A stretch of 64,000 nucleotides of DNA from Chlamydiota bacterium. Lineage in GTDB: Bacteria > Chlamydiota > Chlamydiia > Chlamydiales > JAAZZY01. Below are positions 9,497-19,670 of this stretch, piece after piece. Under the pieces are notes generated by a model that saw nothing but the letters and a program-made list of their open reading frames with translations, did not search any database and was not told where the DNA came from. Made by a program: the position numbers and the translations under genes. The stretch spans positions 1 to 64,000 of the forward strand of contig JAJACV010000025.1 in the NCBI GenBank assembly GCA_022601335.1. Reading direction: 5' to 3'. The stretch's first letter is position 1, and each line of letters begins with the position of its first letter.

Positions 9497-10942
9497 CTAA
9501 AAGAAAAGGTTGCCAAGACCCCAAGCAATCAAGAAATAGATAATCATAGAAAAAAAGTCATTAAATGCGGTGACAATGGGACCCGATGCAACGGCTGGAT
9601 CGACCCCTATTTTAGAAAAGAAAAGAGGAGAAAAGACTCCCAATAGGGTTCCGACAAGACAAGCTCCAAAAAGACCACAACTTACAATAATGCCTATCAT
9701 TGCAGGAGGCACCACAATCAGAGAATTAGAGGATATATCAAGTAAGTAAACGAGAATCCCTGTTATAATTCCAAAAAAGACCCCCGTACCAAAACCAACT
9801 ATAAGTTCATTCACTACAGCTTCACGAGTTCCTTTTGTAGTCAAAGCTCCTGTTGCCATACCTCGCACAAGAATAGTACTACTTTGAATTCCAATATTAC
9901 CTGACATACCTGTAATAAGAGGGACAAAGAAGAGCACAAAGGCTAATAAGACTCCTTCTTGATTTTCAAAGTACGACATACTAAATGCATTCACAAGTCC
10001 AGCAACTAAGGTAACAAACAACCAGGGAGCTCTTGCTAAAAATCTCTTAAGCCTTGGTTCATATTCTCCAATATGCTCATTTGTACCTGCAATACTTGCA
10101 ATTGTTTCATCCGCTATATCTTCTAACGCTTCAACAACGTCTTCATAACAAATTACCCCAATCAATTCATTTTTGCTATTAACAACAGGGAGAGCTGGAA
10201 TTTTATAACGCTCCACAACATCAATAACTTCTTCACGAGTCGCTTCAGGGCCTACTGTATGAGAAATCGGCCGCATTACTTGTTTTAGTTGCAAGCTAGG
10301 CGGATTGACAATAAGATTTCTATCAGGCACGAAGCCTTGAAGTTGCCCCTCTTCATTCATCACAAAAACCCTTCGAGTCATTTCAATGTGGGGATTTTGG
10401 TGGATATAATCTTTGACCTCTCCCATCGAAGTTTCTGCTGAAAATACTAAAAAATCATTGACCATCAATCTCGCAGCGCTATGACAATCCTTTGAGCGTA
10501 GCTCTGTCATCGAAGTGGCTTTTTGAGCATCAATGAGTTTAATTAAACGTCTAAACTTACGATCAGAGACATCATCTAAAACCCAAACAGCTTCATCCAT
10601 TGGCATTTTTTCTAACAGAGGGACCAATTGCACATCTTCTAAGTGTCTGAGAATATAGGAACGTGAACTTGAAGGAATGTTAATTAAAAAACTAACTTTT
10701 TCATTTTCTGAGAGGTTTTCGAAAAGGGAAAGGCTAGCGGACTGTGGGAGAGTAGAAACAGCATAAGCTAAGTCAATGGCATTATGCTCGCTTGCAATTT
10801 TAGCCATTTCGTGGACTTGAACTTCATAAGTGAGTTGATGTAGAGCTCTTTGGAGTTTCTCTCTTAAAATATCATCTACAGTAGATGAGCTCGCCTCTTT
10901 TAGAGTCACATCTTCTCTTTCTTCTAAAACATCATTGCCCAT
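9497..10942 (-). CDS. mgtE: Magnesium transporter MgtE
   Basis: MgtE N-domain, a CBS pair and a C-terminal five-helix TM domain with the PIVTAFNDF motif. An ATG at 10942 (MGNDV) is preferred over the ORF-track TTG at 10996; the start is uncertain. Confidence 0.8.
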   Translation of the reverse strand: MGNDVLEEREDVTLKEASSSTVDDILREKLQRALHQLTYEVQVHEMAKIASEHNAIDLAYAVSTLPQSASLSLFENLSENEKVSFLINIPSSSRSYILRHLEDVQLVPLLEKMPMDEAVWVLDDVSDRKFRRLIKLIDAQKATSMTELRSKDCHSAARLMVNDFLVFSAETSMGEVKDYIHQNPHIEMTRRVFVMNEEGQLQGFVPDRNLIVNPPSLQLKQVMRPISHTVGPEATREEVIDVVERYKIPALPVVNSKNELIGVICYEDVVEALEDIADETIASIAGTNEHIGEYEPRLKRFLARAPWLFVTLVAGLVNAFSMSYFENQEGVLLAFVLFFVPLITGMSGNIGIQSSTILVRGMATGALTTKGTREAVVNELIVGFGTGVFFGIITGILVYLLDISSNSLIVVPPAMIGIIVSCGLFGACLVGTLLGVFSPLFFSKIGVDPAVASGPIVTAFNDFFSMIIYFLIAWGLGNLFF

Positions 10943-11069
10943 ACACCCCCCATCTAAAGACCTATTGATTTTAAGTGTTTTCAATAAAAAAATCAATGTT
11001 AAAGGGCCTCTAGAACAAATGAAAAATAAAATTATAATGTTACATTTTTCAAGAGTGCAACAGGGAAAA

Positions 11070-13142
11070 CTAGCTGTCTTGAGTTTTCTGTCTTAAAAGA
11101 TTAATTTGGATAAATTCTTCAAATTGTTCTGAGTGTCTTAACGATTCAAGAGAATCATCATACATAAGCTGCTCTAAGGGGGGCAGCGCTTCTTTTTGAT
11201 AAGCTATTTGTAAATAATGAATGGCTTCTGAGAGCTTGCCTGTTAAGCAATATAGACAGGAGAGATTGTAGAGGGCTTCTAAACTTCCAAGCGCTAAGGC
11301 TTGCTTTAATTTTTTTTCTGCATCCTCAATTAAATTTTCATACAATTCGACTTTAAGCGGTTCATAGATTAGCTTTGCATATTGAGTTAAGGTAACTCCC
11401 CAAGCATTCCAAATCATTTCATCTTCAGAATCTTCTTGTAAAGCGGCATAAAAATTCTCTGAAGATTTGTTATAAAAATCAACATCATCTAGCAATTCGC
11501 CTAGATGAGCGTAAACAAGAGCTAAATTATAATAAGCGGGTGAATAAGAAGGATCTTTTTTGAGAATAATTTCTAAAATTTGTGCTGATTTCTCATAGGC
11601 CGTTGGATCTTCTTCAAAGCTTCCAAGAAAGTCTAACGCACACGCATAATTGTATAGTAGCTGAGTGGAAGGTGACGTGTTTTTATAAAAATCTAAAGCC
11701 TGCTCATATTTTTCAATAGCTGCTTGGATATAGGTTTTACTATCCATCAAGTCAGCTAAACGCATGAGAGTCATTCCCCAATTATTCCAAAGCTCCGGAT
11801 GATTCTTTTTGACTTCGCTCGCTTTTTTAAAGTGCTCTGAAGCATTTTTAAGTAGCTGAATATCTTTATGGATATCTCCTAAAGCAAACTTAGTTAAGCC
11901 GATTCCATTTAATGCAAAAAAGTGATTTTTTTGGAGTGTCAGTGCATGATTAAACTTTTCAATAGCCATCAGATAAAAATCTGTATCTTCAAAATATTGC
12001 CCTTGAGCATACAGACAAAACCCATAGCGATACCACACATTAGGACATTCTCGACCAAGCTTAAGCGCTTTAGTGATTTTTTTCTCAGCCTCTTTAAGAT
12101 GATCTAATCTTGATGTAAAGGCTCCTAAAATAGTTAAAGCTTCTCCCCAACAGCTCAACGCTTCAGGGTGATCTGGACAAATTTTAAGCGCTTTTGAGTA
12201 TTTCATTGCACTCATTTGAAGATGTTTTACTTCCCCTTTTGTTCGGCCTGAAGTTAAAAAGAGACTGCCCCATCTCATCCACAGCTCAAAGTGATCTTGC
12301 TTAAAGTCTGCGGCACGTGCATAAGCTGAGTGACCCTGAGCTAGATACTGTTCTTGTCCCGTATTTTGATAAAGATGTTGAAAAGTTTGTGCTAAGCTTA
12401 GCCAACCTTCATAATATTTCGGTTGAATCTGTGTAGACTTTTGATAAAAGCTCAGCGCTTTTTCTAAAAAACGGTCATCTCTAATTAATAACCCCATTTC
12501 AGTCCAAGCATTGGCGTAATCTCTCCAGAAAGAGGCTTCATTGCACCCTAGCTTTGCTGTTTTTTCAAACTTTTCGAGAGATCTTTTAATGTCAACGGCT
12601 TCACCAGAATGCTTACCTAAGAAATACCAACAAAGAGCCCAATCCCACAAAAACTTTTTCAGGTATTTAGGATTTTCATTGCACAATTGCGCGGCCTTTG
12701 AATATTTTTCATCTGCTTTTTGAAAGTAATGTGCTTCTTTGTAAACAAGACCTAAATGGACTAAAATATCTCCCCAAATATACCACGCATCACAATTTTG
12801 GCTTTTAATTTCTATCGCATGCTGAATGTGTCTCTCGGCAAGAAGTAAGTATTTTTCACTTCCTTTATGCACCGCATAATCAAAGAGAAAAACCCCTTGT
12901 TGAAATTGTAGTTTAGAACTCAAGGGCGCTATACGCCTGGATACATCAAAGATATGAAAAGCATAACTCTCTCCGCCCAAAATAAGCTGCTTTCCCTCGT
13001 CAAACAGAACCTCTGCAAGCCGTTCTCTTTGTTCTGAATTAAGCTCTGACCAAAAAGAATTTAAATGAGCACTCTCTCGCTGAGCCTTTAATTGGTTCAG
13101 AATCTCTAACGCAAGAATTTGGTACCGATTCGTCTTTTCCAT
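11070..13142 (-). CDS. Large tetratricopeptide (TPR) repeat protein
   Basis: Many degenerate 34-aa W/Y/A/L-patterned repeats (AWY.WG..L, Y..A...Y..A) across 690 aa. Confidence 0.7.
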   Translation of the reverse strand: MEKTNRYQILALEILNQLKAQRESAHLNSFWSELNSEQRERLAEVLFDEGKQLILGGESYAFHIFDVSRRIAPLSSKLQFQQGVFLFDYAVHKGSEKYLLLAERHIQHAIEIKSQNCDAWYIWGDILVHLGLVYKEAHYFQKADEKYSKAAQLCNENPKYLKKFLWDWALCWYFLGKHSGEAVDIKRSLEKFEKTAKLGCNEASFWRDYANAWTEMGLLIRDDRFLEKALSFYQKSTQIQPKYYEGWLSLAQTFQHLYQNTGQEQYLAQGHSAYARAADFKQDHFELWMRWGSLFLTSGRTKGEVKHLQMSAMKYSKALKICPDHPEALSCWGEALTILGAFTSRLDHLKEAEKKITKALKLGRECPNVWYRYGFCLYAQGQYFEDTDFYLMAIEKFNHALTLQKNHFFALNGIGLTKFALGDIHKDIQLLKNASEHFKKASEVKKNHPELWNNWGMTLMRLADLMDSKTYIQAAIEKYEQALDFYKNTSPSTQLLYNYACALDFLGSFEEDPTAYEKSAQILEIILKKDPSYSPAYYNLALVYAHLGELLDDVDFYNKSSENFYAALQEDSEDEMIWNAWGVTLTQYAKLIYEPLKVELYENLIEDAEKKLKQALALGSLEALYNLSCLYCLTGKLSEAIHYLQIAYQKEALPPLEQLMYDDSLESLRHSEQFEEFIQINLLRQKTQDS

Positions 13143-13228
13143 ATAGGTCCTGGAGTATAAAATGAGCGATGCTTTATTACAAATCTTTTTAAAACAAGCT
13201 CTTAATTTAAGGCCTTCATAAAGTCAAA

Positions 13229-14776
13229 TTACGAAATAAGACTATCATGTCCTTGTATTCTTACCCGCATGTGTTCTTGCAGTCTTGTGATTTGTTCTTT
13301 TCCTTTTTCGAAGCAAAGAATTTTGTGAATAGCACTTTCATTAAGAAATAATTCCCTTGCTTCTTCTTCGATTAGATCTGGATCTGTAGCTTTCAAATCC
13401 CACTTAATTTCAGAACCCGCTAAAAGAGACACATAAGAATAATATTGAGCACCATTATCCATCAACATTCCTAGCGGAGGTCTCGCCGGATCTAAAATGG
13501 TTTGTCTTAGAAACTCTAATTTGAAAAGCATTGGTTTTAAATCTTGATTCAATATTTTTTGAGCCTCATGTAGGAGCCCTTGATCTAAAATTGCTTTATA
13601 CGTATTAATAGTTGCTTCTTTTTCTTTCTTTAAACTGAGCATTTGAGTAAGCACAGGTTTTAAAGCGTCTTCCGGTTTCACTGCGTTCATTTTTTTAAGC
13701 ATCTCTAAACTGTTCAAGTCTATCTTATCTTGATGGGGATAATTTCTGGATTTAATTTGATCTTTAACATCTTCTTGGTACTTATTTCTCAATATATTAA
13801 TTTGGTCATATCTTGACACATTCATTGCTTGAGTCAAATTCAATTTATATTCCTCATCAGAAATATAGCTTAACCGATCGAATTCATTTGCAAACTTAAA
13901 GTCTTCTCCAAGCCCTATAAATTCGGAATTAAGCTTTTTTACCCCTTCACCATTCATCATCCATGCGCACATCATACCGAAATAGGAAATCCCTCCTGAT
14001 GCAAGCATTCCAAACGTAGGCAAAATCCACTCTTGAGCCGTTGAAATAACAGATAGAGTCCGTTTGGTCAGATCATTTTCCTTTTGTCCAAACATAAAAT
14101 CTTTACCTACATAGGCAACATAAGCATGTATTCCGCCCCAAAGTGCTGACTTAACTCTATCCATTGCTGAATCTGTACCTATCACAGATACAATTCTTCT
14201 GTATAAACTAGATACGATAGAATCCTGATTTTTAGCTGAATTCCACAAATCATAGCGGCTCTCCATAGAGTCTGAACCTAAAATAATAGATGCACCATTT
14301 GCAATCACTCGATACGAGGAGTAAATCATCGATGCTCCTCCGATTGTCAGAGGAAGGTATTTTGTCATTAAAATTCCCATTACAGATCCAAGAATCATTG
14401 ATGATTTTGAAATTCCTTGAAACTGGATAGCGCTTTGCGTAAATATAAAGCCTGAAATTTTAACAAGTCTCTTCCAAATAGCATAGTCTCTTTCTAAGAG
14501 CTCTACATTAAGAGGAGCTCGCAGATAATGTTCTAATCCAGCTGGCACATTAAACTCTTCTTCTGGTGGAGTCGTTATTTGTTGCTCCATTTCTTGTTCA
14601 AAAGCTTCAAGAAGCCTTTCAAATTGAACTCTTTGCTCCTCCTCTGAGAGAGCGCTAACCTCAGCCTCTTTTGTATTAGAAATGGCGGACGTATCTTCTT
14701 GATCAAGAGGAGGCGATTTCAAGTAATCTGACACAGTGGAAGGATTTAAGTTTGGTGAAGAGTTAGCTGATAACAT
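13229..14776 (-). CDS. Hypothetical protein (orphan; acidic N-terminus, central hydrophobic region)
   Basis: Long ORF with no recognisable family. The N-terminal ~60 aa are S/E/Q-rich, and a moderately hydrophobic segment lies around aa 120-300. Confidence 0.4.
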   Translation of the reverse strand: MLSANSSPNLNPSTVSDYLKSPPLDQEDTSAISNTKEAEVSALSEEEQRVQFERLLEAFEQEMEQQITTPPEEEFNVPAGLEHYLRAPLNVELLERDYAIWKRLVKISGFIFTQSAIQFQGISKSSMILGSVMGILMTKYLPLTIGGASMIYSSYRVIANGASIILGSDSMESRYDLWNSAKNQDSIVSSLYRRIVSVIGTDSAMDRVKSALWGGIHAYVAYVGKDFMFGQKENDLTKRTLSVISTAQEWILPTFGMLASGGISYFGMMCAWMMNGEGVKKLNSEFIGLGEDFKFANEFDRLSYISDEEYKLNLTQAMNVSRYDQINILRNKYQEDVKDQIKSRNYPHQDKIDLNSLEMLKKMNAVKPEDALKPVLTQMLSLKKEKEATINTYKAILDQGLLHEAQKILNQDLKPMLFKLEFLRQTILDPARPPLGMLMDNGAQYYSYVSLLAGSEIKWDLKATDPDLIEEEARELFLNESAIHKILCFEKGKEQITRLQEHMRVRIQGHDSLIS

Positions 14777-14884
14777 TCGGGCTCCTAAAAATATTTTTTT
14801 ATATGATCTGAGATCATTTTCAACTACTTTTGTTAATTTTTAATAAAGATTCAGGACAAGCGTCTAATTATAAATATCTTTAAA

Positions 14885-14925
14885 AAAAACGTATTTTTAT
14901 CAAATCTTAACAATACTATAATAGG
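14885..14925 (+). promoter_or_regulatory. Possible sigma70-like -10 element (TATAAT at 14917-14922) upstream of the 14960 ORF, in an AT-rich divergent intergenic region
   Basis: A TATAAT hexamer lies 38 nt upstream of the ATG. The -35 is weak. This is pattern-based only. Confidence 0.15.
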
Positions 14926-14959
14926 CTTTAGTGAATAAAACTCCAAGCAGGATTTTTTA

Positions 14960-16525
14960 ATGCCAGACAATATTGATTCATCTATTTTCTCATCAGCTTA
15001 TCAGCAGGTTGAACGCGCTTTACATAAAGGTGTAGAAGCGATTCAAACGGACCGCATCTATTTTGCCGCCCCGATTTTAGTATCTGGATTTACAGCCTAC
15101 AGAGCCTGCAAGCACCTCTCTACAGCTCTAATGGGACAGGACTCTATAGAGTATAGAAAAAAGTTGATTGACGACGCTTTCAACGAAAACAATATTTCAA
15201 CTTTAAAGAGATCTCACCTTTTAGCCACTTCATTTTTTGGTTCTATTTCCTTTTCGGGTCGACTGAATGAGCTTGGTAGAGGGTTGGGATATTTGACAGC
15301 CTCTACTTTAGTTATGTATGCTCTACATAGTTACACTATGGACACATCAGCAGATACCGCTAAAGCTGACTCTATGGCTCCTGAGGCTGAAAAGGAAATT
15401 TTTCCAAAGCAACATAACCATGATATTACGTCTAGTGGACTCAAAATTTATGGAAAGCACAAAAAATATATTGACACAGGCCTCCACAGCCCACACACAC
15501 CTAATCTCTCTTATCCAGCACAACAATCGGTAAAACTAGCTGACCAAATTTTAATTGATCAGGAAACCCCAGCTACCACTTTATTTCAACAGACGAGGTC
15601 TGCTCTCTGCTCAGTTGCTTCTCCTTTTCTCAATACAACAAAGCCCTGCTACCCTTCTCCTAAGACGACAGAGACGATGAATTCTAAAGAAATAGCAGCT
15701 GTTTGCCACTCTACAAAAGAAGCCCTCATTCAAAACCATCCTGTTGACTATTATGAAAAAATTGCAAAAACTTCTAAGTTTGTTTGTGATTGGACATGGG
15801 GGGCACTTCCGGGACGCTCTCAGAGTGGAGATTGCCAAGGTCTTGAGAACAACCTCTATAATAAAGACAGTAATGAACTCTCACATCGTTTAAACGAGCT
15901 TGATCAACTTTGTGAAGTGGTTAACGAGCGATCTATTTTACAAGGCCGAGCCAATTATATTGACTCAGACCCTGATAAACTTACAGCTTACACAACGCTT
16001 TACCAGAAACTGATTTCTTCAGCAAATGCATACTCTTGGACAATTTACAAAAGTGTTGATAGATTAGGAGAACCTCATAGAAAATTCTTGGAGTTTTCAA
16101 AAAACTTCCCTCTTTCTTCTAAAGAAACAAACATTGAGACGGTAAAAAACTATCAAAACGTTCTAAACGCTTTAATTCCAGTAAATTCCAAAGATTTTAA
16201 CTCAGAAAATCTACCCATTTTTAGAGAAGCTGCGGCAAACTTTTTTGGTATTTCTCCAGGTTTCACTCAAGGAGAATTCAATACAGCTTATAGAAAGTTT
16301 CAAAAGAGCCACCATGCAGATAATTCAGCTGGAGGAGACTTAAACGAGGCGCTTTACGGCATTGCGGGTTCTTTAAAGGGTCTTTTTGGAAAGAGTGAAG
16401 GATACTCTCAAATAACAGGCTCCTCTCTAGGTCAGTCTATCTATTCTATTCCGACACCTTACAAGGCTATCGAAGGCATCTGGAATAGTTTCTCTGACTG
16501 GTGGAGTGCCCCTTTACAGACTTAA
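14960..16525 (+). CDS. Hypothetical protein with a C-terminal J-domain-like segment (HPD replaced by HAD)
   Basis: C-terminal FFGISPGFTQGEFNTAYRKFQKSHHADNSAGGDLNEA aligns with the DnaJ J-domain consensus (Y.ILGV...A...EI..AYRKLA.KYHPD.N). The rest has no family assignment. Confidence 0.4.
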   Translation: MPDNIDSSIFSSAYQQVERALHKGVEAIQTDRIYFAAPILVSGFTAYRACKHLSTALMGQDSIEYRKKLIDDAFNENNISTLKRSHLLATSFFGSISFSGRLNELGRGLGYLTASTLVMYALHSYTMDTSADTAKADSMAPEAEKEIFPKQHNHDITSSGLKIYGKHKKYIDTGLHSPHTPNLSYPAQQSVKLADQILIDQETPATTLFQQTRSALCSVASPFLNTTKPCYPSPKTTETMNSKEIAAVCHSTKEALIQNHPVDYYEKIAKTSKFVCDWTWGALPGRSQSGDCQGLENNLYNKDSNELSHRLNELDQLCEVVNERSILQGRANYIDSDPDKLTAYTTLYQKLISSANAYSWTIYKSVDRLGEPHRKFLEFSKNFPLSSKETNIETVKNYQNVLNALIPVNSKDFNSENLPIFREAAANFFGISPGFTQGEFNTAYRKFQKSHHADNSAGGDLNEALYGIAGSLKGLFGKSEGYSQITGSSLGQSIYSIPTPYKAIEGIWNSFSDWWSAPLQT

Positions 16526-17833
16526 AGTCGCTAAAGACTTTCGAATGTGGACTTGGCTGTCTAGAAGATCATAAATTTGCTTTGGTGTATGCTTTTCACA
16601 AAACTTCTGAAGGCTGCCACTTTTCTTAATAATAAAATCGACCTCTACAAGTGAAGCTAAAAGCTCTATCAAAGCTTCTTCTTCCAGATCTTTTTTCAAG
16701 TAAATAACAAGCTTAGCTTGAGGGTTTTCTTTTTTTATTTTTTTAAGCTGCCCAAATAAGTAGGGATTTAGCCCCTCTTCTAAAGAGAGATTAATAAGTA
16801 CAAAATCCTCATAATCCAAAATAAATTGAATAATCTTCAAATACTTTTCGCTAAAAACTTTGTTATCTAAATGTCTATTAAGAATAAGTTCTGCGAGTGT
16901 TTTAATCGTAATCTGAGCGCACCCTAAGTGTTCAATCACTTCTCCTGCAGCAAGGTTGCAAAGCATGACCGCTTGATCTAAAGAAATATTATTTGCAATG
17001 GAATGAGTTAAGACGGCAAGCACGGTATCTCCAGCACCAGTTACATCGACAACTTCTCGAACTTTTACTGGATATTCCTTAGCTTCTTGGCGTGTAAATA
17101 AAGCAATGCCCTTACTTGATTGCGTTACCATAATGTTTGGAATTTTACTTGTTTGGTATAAAGTATTTGCTATAACTTCTAAATTAGTCTCTTCATCATG
17201 ACCACTTGCTATTACAGCTTCTTGAAAATTCGGTTTTATTAAATAAGCCCCTTTGTATTTAGTAAAATCGTTTCCTTTAGGATCAACAACAACGGGTATA
17301 TCAAGCTCCTTGGCAGTTTTGAGTAACGCTTGAAGTAAGTTCCTAGTTAAGAAACCTTTTGCATAATCAGAGACTGCAATCGTCAAAACATCCTTTAGAA
17401 TTTTCTTTAGATCTGCAATTATTTTTTGTTCTAGAGAGCTTGTTATTTCTTCCTTTTCTTCGAAGTCGATACGGACAATTTGTTGACTGCCTGCCATAAT
17501 TCTATTTTTAATAGGAGTCTGGTAACCTTTTTGAATATAGAGAGAAGAGGTATCAATTTTTTCAGAGTTTAATTTTTCTAAGAGATCTTCTTTAGCACTA
17601 TCATTTCCTAGCCGCCCTAGAACCGATACTTTAGCTCCAAGCGATACCAGATTAAGAGCTACATTACCCGCTCCACCGGGTAATTTATTAATTTGCTTAG
17701 CATTGACAACCATCACGGGAGCTTCAGGAGAAACTCTTTTGACAGAACCTATTGTGTAGGTATCGAGCATGAAATCGCCCACTACAAGTATGCGCCCTTT
17801 AATGGGTTTGCTAAAAAGAGAAGATAAACTCAT
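16514..17833 (-). CDS. hldE: D-glycero-beta-D-manno-heptose-7-phosphate kinase (HldE/RfaE domain I only) with an unrelated ~120-aa C-terminal extension
   Basis: ILVVGDFMLDTY..PEAPV...PGGAGNVALNL and DVTGAGDT match the ribokinase-like RfaE domain I. The C-terminus lacks cytidylyltransferase motifs. Confidence 0.7.
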   Translation of the reverse strand: MSLSSLFSKPIKGRILVVGDFMLDTYTIGSVKRVSPEAPVMVVNAKQINKLPGGAGNVALNLVSLGAKVSVLGRLGNDSAKEDLLEKLNSEKIDTSSLYIQKGYQTPIKNRIMAGSQQIVRIDFEEKEEITSSLEQKIIADLKKILKDVLTIAVSDYAKGFLTRNLLQALLKTAKELDIPVVVDPKGNDFTKYKGAYLIKPNFQEAVIASGHDEETNLEVIANTLYQTSKIPNIMVTQSSKGIALFTRQEAKEYPVKVREVVDVTGAGDTVLAVLTHSIANNISLDQAVMLCNLAAGEVIEHLGCAQITIKTLAELILNRHLDNKVFSEKYLKIIQFILDYEDFVLINLSLEEGLNPYLFGQLKKIKKENPQAKLVIYLKKDLEEEALIELLASLVEVDFIIKKSGSLQKFCEKHTPKQIYDLLDSQVHIRKSLATLSL

Positions 17834-17835
17834 TG

Positions 17836-18825
17836 TTAATAAATTCTATTGGTCGTGATGTAATTGTTAATATAGTCTGAAATCGCTTCATGAATAGGGG
17901 TAGGATTAAAGTACTGCAATGTTTTTTTAAGTTTATCCATGGAAGCTTTTGTGTAGTTTTGATATTTCGCATTCAAATCTTCTGGCATCTCTCTATATTG
18001 AATATTGGGAGGTGCTCCAATCGCGCTAAACATACCCTTTGCCACATTATTCCACGTGTTTGCTTCTCCACTGCCTACATTGAAGATTCCATAAATATCT
18101 TTTTTCAGTATATCCACGACTAGAGAGGCCGCGTCTTTAACATAGATAAAGTCTCTACACTGGTCTCCATCTTTGAAATTCTGGGGGTCATTGGATTTAA
18201 AAAGCTTAATTAATCCTTCCTTTTTAACGAAAGGAAAGAGGTTATAGATAACCGATGCCATCCGCCCCTTATGATGTTCATTGGGCCCATATACATTAAA
18301 AAACTTAAGGCCCGTCATTTGATTAAGTACCCCTTGGTTTTTAGCCCATAAATCAAAAAGATGTTTAGAAAAGCCATAAGGATTCATTGGCTGCAATTCT
18401 TCAAGGGTGTCATGATTATCGTCAAAACCTCTAGATCCATCGCCATAGGTTGCAGCTGAAGAGGCATAAATAAATCTAATATCATTCTTTAGAGCAAACT
18501 CCGCCAGATTGAGAGTATACCTGTAATTATTCTCCATGAGATAATCAACGTTGGTCTCAACAGTGCTTGAGCAAGCACCCATATGAATAATAGCTTCTAT
18601 TTCGGAGGCTCTATCCGAAACATCGAGCCATGTCATGAGATTTTTTTTATCGATGTACTCAAGGAACTTTTTATTCGATAGATTTCTCCACTTATCAGAG
18701 GATCCTAATTGATCAACCACAACGACATTGCTCATTCCTAGTTCGTTGAGTAAACGAAGAATACACGATCCTATGAATCCAGCGCCTCCTGTGAGAATAA
18801 TTAATTTGTCGTCATAGAGTTTCAT
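17836..18825 (-). CDS. hldD: ADP-L-glycero-D-manno-heptose 6-epimerase
   Basis: TGGAGFIGS, GACSST, YASSAATYG and FNVYGP..HKG.MASV motifs give a near-collinear match to HldD/RfaD. Confidence 0.85.
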   Translation of the reverse strand: MKLYDDKLIILTGGAGFIGSCILRLLNELGMSNVVVVDQLGSSDKWRNLSNKKFLEYIDKKNLMTWLDVSDRASEIEAIIHMGACSSTVETNVDYLMENNYRYTLNLAEFALKNDIRFIYASSAATYGDGSRGFDDNHDTLEELQPMNPYGFSKHLFDLWAKNQGVLNQMTGLKFFNVYGPNEHHKGRMASVIYNLFPFVKKEGLIKLFKSNDPQNFKDGDQCRDFIYVKDAASLVVDILKKDIYGIFNVGSGEANTWNNVAKGMFSAIGAPPNIQYREMPEDLNAKYQNYTKASMDKLKKTLQYFNPTPIHEAISDYINNYITTNRIY

Positions 18826-18834
18826 ATCGTCTCC

Positions 18835-19665
18835 TTAAGAACTATACCATTGATTGAGAGGCCTACTTATATATTGTACCGGGAAAATTTGAACAGTTTT
18901 TTTACTGATTGGCTTATTTTTTCCAATACAAACGAAGGTAGAGCCTGATCCGGTCATAAAAACAAATTCATAACCTTGGTCAAAAAGTTCCTGTTTCAAA
19001 TCCCGCAGTTCTGGAGATAGTGAGTAGGCCGCAGCTTCCAGATCATTTGGATAAACAGGTGAATTATTTTGATAAAAACGCTCTAGTAAATCACTATAAT
19101 CAAATGAATCGATTGAAGACTTAGCCCTTTTATAGACAGCTCGGGTTTGCATCCCTATTTCAGGTTTCACCAGCCACACATTTGAATTTAAAAGAGGTTC
19201 TAGATTGATGACTTTTTCTCCTCTTCCCTCGCAAATAGCAGTACCTTGTGAAAAAAAGAAAGGTGAATCTGAAGTAATAGAAGCAGATAAAACTTGCAAA
19301 TCTTGGGTAGAGAGAGGTTTTTTAAAAAGTTCATTTAACCCCCATAACATAGTAGAGGCATTGCTGCTACCACCACCGAGTCCTCCTTGCATAGGGACTC
19401 TCTTATGTAATCGGATCCGAACAGGTAGATCTATCTTGGTTTTTGTTCTAAAAAGAAACAAGGCTTTAACGATGAAATTTTCATCATTAAAGCCTAAGCT
19501 TTTAACATTGGTCTCATATTGATCTTTCTTTGACAGAGCAATCTCCAGATCATCTCCCAAGCTTATGGCTTGAAAAAGAGAACACAAGTTGTGATAACCA
19601 TCTTCTCTTTTTTGAGCTAATTTAAAAAATAAATTTATTTTAGCAGGTGAAAAGAGTTTGATCAT
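18835..19665 (-). CDS. ispE: 4-diphosphocytidyl-2-C-methyl-D-erythritol kinase
   Basis: N-terminal PAKINLFL-type motif and the GHMP-kinase motif PMQGGLGGGSSNAS. Confidence 0.85.
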   Translation of the reverse strand: MIKLFSPAKINLFFKLAQKREDGYHNLCSLFQAISLGDDLEIALSKKDQYETNVKSLGFNDENFIVKALFLFRTKTKIDLPVRIRLHKRVPMQGGLGGGSSNASTMLWGLNELFKKPLSTQDLQVLSASITSDSPFFFSQGTAICEGRGEKVINLEPLLNSNVWLVKPEIGMQTRAVYKRAKSSIDSFDYSDLLERFYQNNSPVYPNDLEAAAYSLSPELRDLKQELFDQGYEFVFMTGSGSTFVCIGKNKPISKKTVQIFPVQYISRPLNQWYSS

Positions 19666-19670
19666 AAAGT

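Noticed and set aside
16514-17833. Annotation as bifunctional HldE (kinase plus adenylyltransferase)
   Set aside because: The C-terminal 120 aa have no GxFDxxHxGH cytidylyltransferase motif or nucleotidyltransferase pattern. Only domain I is supported.
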